64,000 bases of DNA. Origin: Minisyncoccia bacterium (lineage in GTDB: Bacteria; Patescibacteriota; Minisyncoccia; Phycocordibacterales; UBA9973). The notes beneath the pieces are model-generated. The model saw only the letters and a list, made by a program, of their open reading frames with translations, ran no database searches and was not told where the DNA came from. The DNA lies in contig JBDHUR010000003.1 in NCBI GenBank assembly GCA_039809265.1, positions 15,274-79,273 on the forward strand, written 5' to 3'. A program made the position numbers and the translations under genes. Positions 1-9,404 of this stretch are shown one piece after another. How positions within the stretch are numbered: position 1 is the first letter of the stretch; the number at the start of each line of letters is the position of its first letter.

Positions 1-1
1 T

Positions 2-1279
2 TTACCCGCAAAGAATAATTGGTGGAGTCCAGGAGACAATGGTCCATGCGGGCCAGATACAGAAATGTTTTATGATATCACCGATGAAGGTCTGGGTGAT
101 ATGACACATGAGCAATATGTGCAAGCTGACGAAGAAGGAAAAGTAGTAGAAATCTGGAATGACGTTTTTATGCAATACGAGAAAAGAGACGGCAAAGTCG
201 TTGGTAAGTTATCTCAGAGAAATGTTGATACAGGTTCTGGCCTTGAGCGTATAACTATGCTTATGCAAGGTAAAAATAATGTTTATAGCACAGACTTTTT
301 CTCGCCAGTAATCGAATACATAAAAACCAATGCTAAAGACTACAGTGAGCGTGGAGCTAGGATTATTGGGGATCATTTGCGTAGCAGTTTGTTTATTGTG
401 GGTGATGGTGTTTTCCCTTCAAATAAAGACCAAGGGTATATAGTACGCAGGCTTGTACGCCGCGCGGCAGTGCAGATGCGGCTTTGTGGCTTGGCTGACA
501 ATGCTTCAGCCGAAGTACTGAAGCTTTTCCAGAAGGCTTATGTTGGCGCATACACAGAAATACAAAACGAAAAAGTTGTGGAAGCCATAACAGAAGAAAT
601 ACAAAAATTCCAGAAAACACTGGAATCTGGTCTGAAAGAATTTGAAAAAGGTACAGACCCGTTTATTTTAGCTACAACTTATGGATTTCCTATAGAGCTG
701 ACAGAAGAACTTGCGAAAGAAAAAAGTATAGAAATAGATCGCAGGAAGTTTGATGCACAAATGTCAGAACATCAAGATAAATCTCGTGCTGGTGCAGAGC
801 AGAAGTTCAAAGGCGGACTAGCAAATACAAATGAAAAAACTGTAAAGCTGCACACAGCACATCATTTACTACTGGCAGCACTTCAAGAGGTGCTGGGGAA
901 TGATGTACACCAGAGAGGTTCAAACATCACGGAAGAGCGTTTGCGTATGGACTTTAATTTTGACCGAAAACTTACCGCAGATGAATTACAAAAAGTAGAA
1001 GACTTGGTGAACAGTTGGATTGTGAGTAGGTTTCCAGTCGTCCGTAGAGAAATGCCACGCGAAGAAGCAGAAAAGCTTGGTGCAGAGATGGAGTTCGGCG
1101 CGAAATATCCAGAAATTGTTTCTGTATACACTATCCAAGACTCAGATGACAAATACGTCTCAAAAGAATTTTGCGGCGGGCCGCATGTAGCAAACACCGG
1201 CGATATCGGTGGGTTCAAAATACAAAAAGAAGAAGCATCTAGTGCCGGAGTGCGCAGAATAAAAGGCGTATTGGCTTAA
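2..1279 (+). CDS. alaS: Alanine--tRNA ligase, short form without C-Ala domain (5' end outside window)
   Basis: Frame open from nt 2 (NNWWSPGDNGPCGPDTE); EIWNDVFMQY, VDTGSGLER, editing motifs HTAHHLL and EFCGGPHV; ends just after SAGVRRIK. Confidence 0.96.
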   Translation, partial: LPAKNNWWSPGDNGPCGPDTEMFYDITDEGLGDMTHEQYVQADEEGKVVEIWNDVFMQYEKRDGKVVGKLSQRNVDTGSGLERITMLMQGKNNVYSTDFFSPVIEYIKTNAKDYSERGARIIGDHLRSSLFIVGDGVFPSNKDQGYIVRRLVRRAAVQMRLCGLADNASAEVLKLFQKAYVGAYTEIQNEKVVEAITEEIQKFQKTLESGLKEFEKGTDPFILATTYGFPIELTEELAKEKSIEIDRRKFDAQMSEHQDKSRAGAEQKFKGGLANTNEKTVKLHTAHHLLLAALQEVLGNDVHQRGSNITEERLRMDFNFDRKLTADELQKVEDLVNSWIVSRFPVVRREMPREEAEKLGAEMEFGAKYPEIVSVYTIQDSDDKYVSKEFCGGPHVANTGDIGGFKIQKEEASSAGVRRIKGVLA

Positions 1280-1323
1280 CTTTTTCACATATTGTATCTA
1301 TTGCTTCATGCTATACTCTACGC

Positions 1324-2502
1324 ATGGGTCTTTTTTCTTCTAAAAAGGAAAATGTAATACAAGCACATGTCATGGCTGTGGATATAGCCACGGACTTCGT
1401 TCGTGTTTCTCTCGTACGTACAAAGTTTGATACCTCACTGCGTAAGCCAGAAATTGTGGCTTACGCAGAGGCACCTATAAGCGCAGAATCTTTCGGTAAT
1501 GCGAATGCTTTTACGTCCGCCATGCTAGGTGCTTTGAGAAATGCTCTTTCTGTCGTGGTGCATAAAAATCAGATATCCCCGGAAGCTATACATTGCTTTT
1601 TGCATTCGCCTTGGGTTGGCAGCCAGACTCGCATGGCCAAGATGTCCAAGGAAACACCTTTTGTTTTTACAGAGAAGATTGCTTCTGAAATACTAGAAAA
1701 GGAAAAAGAGAATTTCTTGGCGGATGTAGATGAAGACAAATCCATGACTGTTATACAAGAGCAGATCATGAGTATAAAGCACAATGGCTACGACATTACA
1801 CAGCCTTTTGGCAGAAAAATAAATAGCATAGAAACTTCTATATTTATTGCTTTTTCAGACAAGTTTTTAATAAAGCAAATCAAAAGTGCCGTTTGGGATG
1901 TTATCCTAGGCAAGCCGATACTGTTCCATTCCGCGCATTTCTCTTCTTTTGTTGCAGTGCGAGATATAAAAAGTGATAAAGATAATTTCCTCCTTCTTTC
2001 TGTTGGAAATCTAACTTCTCACCTTTCTTTTGTTTCAAATGGCTATCTGCATTCGCACGGCTCTTTCCCGTATGGGACTTATAAACTGTATGAAGATATT
2101 TCAGAGACTTTAGGCAGAGATAGGGAAGAAGTAACTTCACTTATAGCTCTGCATTCAGCCGGCAATGCAGACGTTTCTATAGAATCTCTCTTGAATCACT
2201 CCAACAGAAAGGCGGGTGTCGCTTGGAATCAAAATTTTACCGAAGTTCTGGGACAAATATCCAGCACAGTGAATATTCCAACAACAGTCTACCTTCTCTC
2301 TGGCAAAGAAATCCATAATCCACTCGTTTCTGCACTTTTCAAAAATACAAATCAGACTTATGCACTTTCCGGTAAAAATTTTGATGCTATAATAGTAGAC
2401 GTAAAGCATGTTGTTCCATATGTGAACTGGAGCGTAAACAGCCCAAAAGATGTAAACACAATGCTCCACAGTCTTTTTATTAGTCGTCGTTTATCTTTGT
2501 AG
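1324..2502 (+). CDS. FtsA/PilM-like actin-fold protein, divergent
   Basis: AVDIAT (phosphate-1-like), LLLSVGNLTSHL (degenerate phosphate-2), SFPYG, VYLLSG; 392 aa. Confidence 0.55.
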   Translation: MGLFSSKKENVIQAHVMAVDIATDFVRVSLVRTKFDTSLRKPEIVAYAEAPISAESFGNANAFTSAMLGALRNALSVVVHKNQISPEAIHCFLHSPWVGSQTRMAKMSKETPFVFTEKIASEILEKEKENFLADVDEDKSMTVIQEQIMSIKHNGYDITQPFGRKINSIETSIFIAFSDKFLIKQIKSAVWDVILGKPILFHSAHFSSFVAVRDIKSDKDNFLLLSVGNLTSHLSFVSNGYLHSHGSFPYGTYKLYEDISETLGRDREEVTSLIALHSAGNADVSIESLLNHSNRKAGVAWNQNFTEVLGQISSTVNIPTTVYLLSGKEIHNPLVSALFKNTNQTYALSGKNFDAIIVDVKHVVPYVNWSVNSPKDVNTMLHSLFISRRLSL

Positions 2503-2507
2503 TAAAT

Positions 2508-3866
2508 ATGGCAAAAAATATTCTTCAAGATATAAAACCCCTCACAAGCAATGGCCGTCGCCGGCCAGTAGTCACGGAAGCCCCGCAGGAAATTTCTCCT
2601 TTACCAAGGAAAAAAGTGGAGCAGTATATAAATGTAGACGAGCCTACCCAGAATGTCAGCGTGTCTCGTCCTGTTTACAAAGATCCGGAAATGTCAGATA
2701 CAGTAAATCCACCTCGTCGTTCTCGCGGCAGGATTTGGACTATCGTTATACTTGTTTTGCTTGGCATGTTTGTTGCGCTTTCGTATGCGTTTGAGGAAGC
2801 AACCGTAGCTGTAACACCAAAAGTTGAGACGGTTACTTTGGACAACAATTTTACTGCCAAAAAGGACGCCCCAGATGGCGAACTGCCTTTTGAAGTTGTG
2901 GCGATATCTGGAGAAGAAAGTAAAACTTTCACCGGTACAGAGAAACGTGATGCAAATGATAAAGCTACAGGAAAGGTTGTTATTTATAACGAATATAGTA
3001 CCACCGCTCAAAATTTACTGATAGAAACTCGCCTTGAGACAAAAGATGGCAAAATATACAAGACAGACAAAGCTGTCAAAGTCCCAGGGTATACAAAAAA
3101 AGGTACTGACATCGTTCCTGGTTCTATAGAAGTTGGTGTTCATGCCGATGTCTCTGGCGAGGACTACAACATACCACCTTCAGACTTCACACTCATCGGT
3201 CTAAAGGGTAGCCCAAAATATACCAAGATTTACGCGCGTTCTTCCACTGCTATTTCTGGTGGTGCAAAAGGCGAGAGGTATATCCTGAGCAATGATGAAA
3301 AAGATAAGTCTACAGAGGAACTTATATCAGCCCTGAAAGATAAACTCCTCAAGCAGGCAGAAAGTCAGATACCGGATGGATTTGTGTACTATGACGGCGG
3401 GGTTTTCTTTGATATCGACGATTCTAACATGTCGTTTGAAAGCACTTCATCAACTATTACCGGCACCGCTAAAGGCAAGCTCTCTATGCTTTTATTTGAT
3501 CAAACAAAGCTTACTGAAGCTATTGCAAAAGCGGCGATTAGCCAGTATGATGGCACTCCTGTTACGATACCAGAACTGCATGATTTGAAGTTTGAATCCA
3601 AGACTGCTCAAGATGTAGATATAACTACTGCAACATCTGTACCGTTCAAGCTAAGCGGAGATACACATATCATTTCTGTCATAGATAGCGAAAAATTGGC
3701 TAGTGAGCTGGCTGGCAAGAACAAGAATACTGATGCCCAAACTGTCTTTGCATCTTGGAGCGGCATAGACTCTGCAGAGATATCTATGAGGCCTCTTTGG
3801 AAGAGAACTTTGCCTGAAAATCCGACAGATATAAAGATAAAAGTAGATGAAAGCCTGTCTCAATAA
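2508..3866 (+). CDS. Single-pass membrane protein with extracellular baseplate-J-like beta-rich domain
   Basis: Disordered N-terminus, TM IWTIVILVLLGMFVALSYAF, motifs KATGKVVIYN, TRL, VPG, GEDYNI, ISGG. Confidence 0.55.
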   Translation: MAKNILQDIKPLTSNGRRRPVVTEAPQEISPLPRKKVEQYINVDEPTQNVSVSRPVYKDPEMSDTVNPPRRSRGRIWTIVILVLLGMFVALSYAFEEATVAVTPKVETVTLDNNFTAKKDAPDGELPFEVVAISGEESKTFTGTEKRDANDKATGKVVIYNEYSTTAQNLLIETRLETKDGKIYKTDKAVKVPGYTKKGTDIVPGSIEVGVHADVSGEDYNIPPSDFTLIGLKGSPKYTKIYARSSTAISGGAKGERYILSNDEKDKSTEELISALKDKLLKQAESQIPDGFVYYDGGVFFDIDDSNMSFESTSSTITGTAKGKLSMLLFDQTKLTEAIAKAAISQYDGTPVTIPELHDLKFESKTAQDVDITTATSVPFKLSGDTHIISVIDSEKLASELAGKNKNTDAQTVFASWSGIDSAEISMRPLWKRTLPENPTDIKIKVDESLSQ

Positions 3867-3885
3867 TAGAAACTCACTTATAAAC

Positions 3886-3914
3886 TTGCAGAGTTTTAGC
3901 TTTTCTGTTAGAAT
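3886..3914 (+). promoter_or_regulatory. Sigma70-type promoter of infA
   Basis: TTGCAG-17 nt-TAGAAT with extended TG. Confidence 0.5.
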
Positions 3915-3938
3915 AACCAAATCCATATAGATACACAC

Positions 3939-4160
3939 ATGAGCGGTTTTAATCAAGAGAAAATAGAGACAGTTACAGGAGTAGTCTCCGAGGCGCTTCC
4001 TAGCACTCTTTTTCGCGTTAAAACCAAAGATGATGCGGAAATCTTGGCTTACCTTTCAGGTAAGATGAGGATGAATCGCATCAAAGTTTTGGTGGGTGAT
4101 CGGGTGGAGATTGTCCTTGATCCGTATGGCGGAAAGGGGAGGATTGTCAAAAGGATGTAA
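3939..4160 (+). CDS. infA: Translation initiation factor IF-1
   Basis: EALPSTLFRV...AYLSGKMRMNRIKVLVGDRV. Confidence 0.97.
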   Translation: MSGFNQEKIETVTGVVSEALPSTLFRVKTKDDAEILAYLSGKMRMNRIKVLVGDRVEIVLDPYGGKGRIVKRM

Positions 4161-4244
4161 ATCGTGTATTATGAGCAGGCTGTGTACGCATAGCCTATGA
4201 AAGGGTCAAAAACCCTTCATTTTTAACTTAATTTTAGATACTGC

Positions 4245-4355
4245 ATGAAAGTAAGGTCACGAGTTTCAAAAATATGCGAGAAGTGCAAAATCGTAAAGCG
4301 CAAGGGTCATTTGCGTGTTATTTGCGATAATCCAAAGCACAAACAGAAACAGTAA
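4245..4355 (+). CDS. rpmJ: 50S ribosomal protein L36 (not in ORF track)
   Basis: Hand translation [36 protein letters not shown]; CxxC...C...H zinc ribbon; expected position. Confidence 0.96.
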   Translation: MKVRSRVSKICEKCKIVKRKGHLRVICDNPKHKQKQ

Positions 4356-4368
4356 TTTTAGAAATATT

Positions 4369-4749
4369 ATGAGAATCCTAGGTATAACACTTCCAAATGA
4401 TAAACGCGTAGACATTGCCCTTACTACACTTTACGGTATAGGTATTTCAAAGGCGCATAAAATACTGGACGAAGTAAAGGTTGAATATGGCACCAAAACA
4501 AAAGACATTCCAAACGACCAAGAAGACAGTATCCGTAAGATAGTAGAGGGTTTAAAGATAGAAGGTAACTTGAAGCGAGAAGTTTCCGCAAATATAAAAA
4601 GACTGAAAGACATAAAGGCCTATCGCGGAGTGCGCCACCAGAGACAGCTTCCAACTAAAGGTCAGCGTACAAAGACAAACTCTCGTACAGTCCGAGGCAA
4701 TGTCAGAAAGACTATGTCCTCTGGTCGCCGAAAGGAAAGCAAGACTTAG
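4369..4749 (+). CDS. rpsM: 30S ribosomal protein S13
   Basis: MRILGITLP...LYGIG...YRGVRHQRQLPTKGQRTKTNSRT; start moved to ATG 4369. Confidence 0.97.
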   Translation: MRILGITLPNDKRVDIALTTLYGIGISKAHKILDEVKVEYGTKTKDIPNDQEDSIRKIVEGLKIEGNLKREVSANIKRLKDIKAYRGVRHQRQLPTKGQRTKTNSRTVRGNVRKTMSSGRRKESKT

Positions 4750-4779
4750 TCCTTACATTTTATTCATCAATATCAAACT

Positions 4780-5214
4780 ATGGGAAAAAAGAGAATTATA
4801 ACTAAAGATGGCCAGTCAGGTGAAGGGCAAAATGCTTCGCGCGGTGCTGCAAAAACTCCTAAGAAGAAGATCACTTCTGCGACTTTACATGTGGAAGCAA
4901 CTTTCAACAATACCAAAGCTGTTGTTTCTGATAAACAAGGCAACACTCTTTTCTGGTCTTCAGCCGGTATGCTTGGTTTCCGTGGTGCAAAGAAGGGTAC
5001 TCCTTTTGCTGCAGGAAAAGTGGGTGAAGTCCTTGGAGACAAAGCCTATGCTTTGGGGATAAAAGATGTTGATGCCGTCGTTAAGGGTGTCGGCTCTGGT
5101 CGCGAGCCCACTATCCGAGCATTTATTGGAAAGGGTTTTGAGCTTACAGGCGTGCGTGATGTGACTCCAGTCCCTCACAATGGCCCAAAGCCGAAAAAGC
5201 CTCGTCGAGTATAG
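4780..5214 (+). CDS. rpsK: 30S ribosomal protein S11
   Basis: ATFNNT, WSSAG, GFRGAKKGTPFAA, DVTPVPHNG. Confidence 0.98.
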   Translation: MGKKRIITKDGQSGEGQNASRGAAKTPKKKITSATLHVEATFNNTKAVVSDKQGNTLFWSSAGMLGFRGAKKGTPFAAGKVGEVLGDKAYALGIKDVDAVVKGVGSGREPTIRAFIGKGFELTGVRDVTPVPHNGPKPKKPRRV

Positions 5215-5242
5215 TTTATAATTTTTTACTACACATTTAGTC

Positions 5243-5851
5243 ATGATAAACGGACCAAAATTTAAAATCTGCCGACGACTCGGATCTGCAATATACGAAA
5301 AATGTCAAACACAAAAGTTTGTCATTTCCGAAGCTCGCCACAGCAAGAAGAAGGGTGGCAAGAAACCCAAGGCTCTTTCTGGCTACGGTAGCCAGCTCCT
5401 AGAAAAGCAGAAAATCCGCTTTTCTTATGGTGTTTCCGAAAAGCAATTTTCAAACTATGTAAAAGCTTCTACAGAGAAAAAGGGTGTCTCCGCTACAGAC
5501 ATGCTTTATGAAAAGTTGGAAAGCCGCCTAGACAACGTAGTATACAGACTTGGTTTAGCACATACTCGCGCACTTGCTCGCCAAATGGTTTCGCACGGGC
5601 ACATAACTGTAAACGATGTAAAGACTACAGTGCCTTCATACAGTGTGAAGAAAGGTGATGTAATCCGCATCCGAGAAGGCAGCAAGAGCAGTGTGATGTT
5701 CGCAGACTTGGACAAGAAGTTGAAGAATTATTCCATCCCATCATGGCTTTCCTTTGATCTCGGTAAGTCTGAGGCTACAGTTGCCGGTAAGCCAAGCAAT
5801 ACAGAAGGCTTTCTAAACTTCAATGCCGTTTTGGAATTCTACAGCCGTTAA
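5243..5851 (+). CDS. rpsD: 30S ribosomal protein S4
   Basis: QLLEKQKIRFSYG, LESRLDNVVYRLG, ARQMVSHGH, EFYSR. Confidence 0.98.
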   Translation: MINGPKFKICRRLGSAIYEKCQTQKFVISEARHSKKKGGKKPKALSGYGSQLLEKQKIRFSYGVSEKQFSNYVKASTEKKGVSATDMLYEKLESRLDNVVYRLGLAHTRALARQMVSHGHITVNDVKTTVPSYSVKKGDVIRIREGSKSSVMFADLDKKLKNYSIPSWLSFDLGKSEATVAGKPSNTEGFLNFNAVLEFYSR

Positions 5852-5896
5852 ATTTTATTAAGCGCATCATTTTTATTAGTAATTTGTAACAAAAAT

Positions 5897-6877
5897 ATGT
5901 CCCATAACATTATTTTGCCATCAAAACCTCGCATAGTGCACGAAGAAGAAACAAAAGGCGTCTATGAAATAGACGGTTTGTACCCAGGCTACGGCCATAC
6001 ACTCGGCAACTCACTTCGTCGAATTATACTTTCATCACTTCCAGGCTCTGCTATAACAAGTGTAAAGATAGACGGCGCATCGCACGAGTTTTCAGTGCTA
6101 GAAGGCATGAAAGAAGACGTTATCACGCTTCTTCTAAATCTTAAAAAAGTTCGCTTTAAGGTCAGCTCTGAAGAATCTCAGACCGCAACTATCTCTGTCA
6201 AAGGGGTAAAAAGCGTAACAGCAAAAGATATAAAGGCTGGTGGGCAAGTAGAAATCTTGAACCCAGACCTTCACCTTGCAGAACTTACGGACAAGAATGC
6301 AAATTTGAATGTAGAGATAACTATAGAGCATGGGCTTGGCTTTGTACCAAAGGAGATACACCAGAAAAATAAAGTAGACATCGGCACTATCGCTCTAGAT
6401 GCTATCTTTTCCCCTGTACGCCGTGTTGCTTATGAAGTAGAGAATATGCGTGTGGGTGACAAGACAAACCACAACCGACTTCGCATAAACATAGAAACAG
6501 ACGGCACAGTCTCTGCGCACGAGGCGCTGGAGCGCTCTATCGGTATTATGATAGAACAGCTAAATGCTATCCTTGATTTCAAGCATGTTTTACCGAAGTC
6601 AGATATGATAGATGAAGTTGAAACGATTTCTGAAAAGAAAGAAGCTGCTTCTTCTGCAGAAGATAAGGAAGAAATGGCTGATATTCTAAAAACTCGTATA
6701 GACACCCTAGACCTTTCTACTCGCACATTGAATGCTTTGACTGGTGCAAATATCCGTACAGTCGGCGGTATTGCTCGCAAGAAGAAGGAGGACTTGCTAG
6801 AACTTGCTGGTATGGGAGAGAAGGGAATCCAAGAGATAAAGAAAGTCTTGGGTGGTTTTGGTATTACACTTAAGTAA
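5897..6877 (+). CDS. rpoA: RNA polymerase subunit alpha
   Basis: GYGHTLGNSLRRIILSSLPG, DAIFSPV, alpha-CTD LSTRTLNAL. Confidence 0.98.
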   Translation: MSHNIILPSKPRIVHEEETKGVYEIDGLYPGYGHTLGNSLRRIILSSLPGSAITSVKIDGASHEFSVLEGMKEDVITLLLNLKKVRFKVSSEESQTATISVKGVKSVTAKDIKAGGQVEILNPDLHLAELTDKNANLNVEITIEHGLGFVPKEIHQKNKVDIGTIALDAIFSPVRRVAYEVENMRVGDKTNHNRLRINIETDGTVSAHEALERSIGIMIEQLNAILDFKHVLPKSDMIDEVETISEKKEAASSAEDKEEMADILKTRIDTLDLSTRTLNALTGANIRTVGGIARKKKEDLLELAGMGEKGIQEIKKVLGGFGITLK

Positions 6878-6885
6878 AAAATAAC

Positions 6886-7239
6886 ATGAGACACCACAAT
6901 TCAGTCAGAAAATTTGGAAGAAAATCAAATGCACGAAATGCACTTATCAAGGGGCTAGCTCTTTCCCTTATAAAACATGGCCGTATAGAGACAACAGAAG
7001 CAAAAGCAAAAGAACTTCGCCCGTTTGTGGAGAAGCTCATAACCACTGCTCGACCAAACACCATGACAGCAAAGCGGCTTATAACGTCGCGCCTTATGAA
7101 CAGAAAGCCAGAAGTGAAGAAGCTTTTTACAGACATCATGCCTACCTACGCTGACAGAAAAGGCGGTTACACTCGTATCATAAAGTTGCCAGCACGTCAG
7201 GGAGACGGCAGCAAGATGGCGATCATAGAATTTGTATAA
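6886..7239 (+). CDS. rplQ: 50S ribosomal protein L17
   Basis: MRHH...IETTEAKAKELR...GGYTRIIK. Confidence 0.98.
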   Translation: MRHHNSVRKFGRKSNARNALIKGLALSLIKHGRIETTEAKAKELRPFVEKLITTARPNTMTAKRLITSRLMNRKPEVKKLFTDIMPTYADRKGGYTRIIKLPARQGDGSKMAIIEFV

Positions 7240-7258
7240 TTTAAAGAAATAAGGTAGT

Positions 7259-7615
7259 ATGACAAGCGTTATGAAACACACAATAGATGCAAGCGGACAA
7301 TCTTTGGGACGAGTAGCACAAGCTGCCGCTGTGATTCTTATGGGCAAGAATGACCCGTCTTATGTTGCAAACAAAGTTGCTAATGTGAAGGTGGCTATTG
7401 TTAATGCATCCAAGTTGAAAATATCTGAAAAGAAGAAAACTACTGTGTTCTATGAACGCTACAGTGGCTACCCAGGTGGTTTGACCAAGGAGCGCATGGA
7501 TATGCGTGCCGGTAGACGCGGATACAGAGTGTTACTAGAGGATGCTGTCTATGGCATGATACCATCAAATAAGCTCCGTGCTCGAATTATGAAAAATCTT
7601 ACAGTTACAGAATAA
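7259..7615 (+). CDS. rplM: 50S ribosomal protein L13 (shortened)
   Basis: IDASGQSLGRVA, LMGKN, YSGYPGGL, AVYGMIP. Confidence 0.95.
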   Translation: MTSVMKHTIDASGQSLGRVAQAAAVILMGKNDPSYVANKVANVKVAIVNASKLKISEKKKTTVFYERYSGYPGGLTKERMDMRAGRRGYRVLLEDAVYGMIPSNKLRARIMKNLTVTE

Positions 7616-7616
7616 T

Positions 7617-8024
7617 ATGGAAAAAACAAAAACAAAAAAATATACAGAGACTGTTGGCCGAAGGAAAACTTCAAGTGCCCGAGTGCGTGTCCTAGAAGCT
7701 TCAAAAAGCTCTTTCATTGTGAATGAAAAAGATGCTCATGATTACTTTCCAACAAGTGAATTGAAGAATATTATTCATGGTCCTGTTGCCGAGCTTGGAC
7801 GAGAAGGCAAGTTTGAAATAACTGTAAAAGTAAAAGGTGGTGGTGTGCACTCTCAAGCAGAAGCTGTGCGTCATGGAGTTTCTAGGGCGCTTGTAGAGAT
7901 GAATGAAGAAGACAGAACTACTCTAAAGAAAGCTGGTTTCCTAAAACGTGATCCGCGTATCAAAGAACGCCGTAAGTTTGGTTTGAAAAAAGCTCGTAAA
8001 TCCCCACAATGGAGTAAACGTTAA
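7617..8024 (+). CDS. rpsI: 30S ribosomal protein S9
   Basis: GRRKTSSARV, GGGVHSQAEA, RDPRIKERRKFGLKKARKSPQWSKR. Confidence 0.98.
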   Translation: MEKTKTKKYTETVGRRKTSSARVRVLEASKSSFIVNEKDAHDYFPTSELKNIIHGPVAELGREGKFEITVKVKGGGVHSQAEAVRHGVSRALVEMNEEDRTTLKKAGFLKRDPRIKERRKFGLKKARKSPQWSKR

Positions 8025-8030
8025 GTTACT

Positions 8031-8063
8031 ACCTCCACACATAATGTGTGGAGGTTTAGTTTT
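8031..8063 (+). terminator. Intrinsic terminator after rpsI
   Basis: ACCTCCACACA-TAA-TGTGTGGAGGT followed by T-rich tract. Confidence 0.75.
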
Positions 8064-8114
8064 AAACAAACCTCTTCTTGTATCTTAAATAAAACATTGT
8101 GATATAATAACCAT

Positions 8115-9404
8115 ATAGAACTTTCTAACGATTTCTTCAATAAACGCCTTGAGTTAAAGAAGAAACTAAAGGATAAAGAAGGCAGATCATATGCAGAGAT
8201 AAAAAAAGAAAAACAACCACATCTTCATAGCGAAGATGTTTTGTCTGAGGTTGACGCTCTTATAGGTGAAGAAAATGACTTGCTGCTCTCTAACATAGAT
8301 GGTATGTACGAATATGCAAAAGAAGAAACCGGTAGTCATACACTGCCAGAGTTGTTAAAACTTGCCAGAGAAGAAAAAGAAAAATCAAAAAGAACTCAAA
8401 ATATAATACACCATGTTAAAACACTAGATACTCTAGAAGAAAAGATTGAAAAATTACGATACAATTTTCGCAGTAAAAACACAGGCACACACATAGATGA
8501 CAAAAGACTACTAAGCTGGGATAAAGCTGAAGAAAAAATAAACAATGAGCGTCTTAAATTGTCCGAGAATAAAGAGACATCGCACATTTCTCGTATGGTA
8601 GAACTTCTAAAGTACAAAGAGCAGGCGAAAGAAGGGTTTATAGAAACACCATCTAGGACAGATAAAAAGAAAGAGATTGTAAAACTCATGCGAGAATCTA
8701 AGAAAGGTATTTTCTTAGAAGGTAGCTCTGGTACAGGTAAAACACAGCTTTTACGACATATTGTAAAAAGTTTAGAAGGATATGAGCCAGAAATATTTGC
8801 TTCTACTGACCAATCTCGCGAATCAGATATCGTTGGCAAGACTGGATTAGATGTTAAAGATGGAGCAACTATTTCAAAGTTTAATGAAGGAATGCTTGTC
8901 CGTTCCATAACAGAAGGCCGTAAAGTTATTTTCGATGAATTTAATAATATGGAAAAAGGTTTGCGCTTATTATTAAAGCGTTACTTTGCCCTTAAACCAG
9001 GAGACACTTTTACTGTACCGCAAGATGGTAATACGATTTATACGGTAAAAGATGGTTTTAGAATATTAGCCACAGGCAACCTCCCAGGACCACATCACAC
9101 AGATCGTAACCCTCTCGGAGATGAAGAAACTAGAGAGTTTGAAATGCCTCATCTTGATCAAATGCCAGCAAATGAGATATACGACACACTTCTTGTTGCT
9201 TCTATGCGTGAAGATAAATCTGTTCCATATAGCAAAGACGAGGCTGAAACAACTCTTGCGAACTTAGCTAGGGCAATAAATGAAGCACACATTGCATATA
9301 CAGAAGGCAAGTCAGATTTCTTTGCAAGCGGAAATGTCCTGAAGGGTAAAAATCAAAGCCTAAAAAAGCAGTCCTTGACCCAGCACAATATCTTTCTTGG
9401 GTAG
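8115..9404 (+). CDS. MoxR/AAA_5 family ATPase, N-terminal part of a split gene
   Basis: Walker A GSSGTGKT, Walker B VIFDEFN, sensor-1 ILATGN; frame open upstream of TTG 8241 to an ATA at 8115 just after TATAAT. Confidence 0.8.
   Translation: MELSNDFFNKRLELKKKLKDKEGRSYAEIKKEKQPHLHSEDVLSEVDALIGEENDLLLSNIDGMYEYAKEETGSHTLPELLKLAREEKEKSKRTQNIIHHVKTLDTLEEKIEKLRYNFRSKNTGTHIDDKRLLSWDKAEEKINNERLKLSENKETSHISRMVELLKYKEQAKEGFIETPSRTDKKKEIVKLMRESKKGIFLEGSSGTGKTQLLRHIVKSLEGYEPEIFASTDQSRESDIVGKTGLDVKDGATISKFNEGMLVRSITEGRKVIFDEFNNMEKGLRLLLKRYFALKPGDTFTVPQDGNTIYTVKDGFRILATGNLPGPHHTDRNPLGDEETREFEMPHLDQMPANEIYDTLLVASMREDKSVPYSKDEAETTLANLARAINEAHIAYTEGKSDFFASGNVLKGKNQSLKKQSLTQHNIFLG

Noticed and set aside
2508-3866. 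Prophage suggested by the baseplate-J-like domain
   Set aside because: The protein has a TM anchor, housekeeping neighbours, and no other phage genes.
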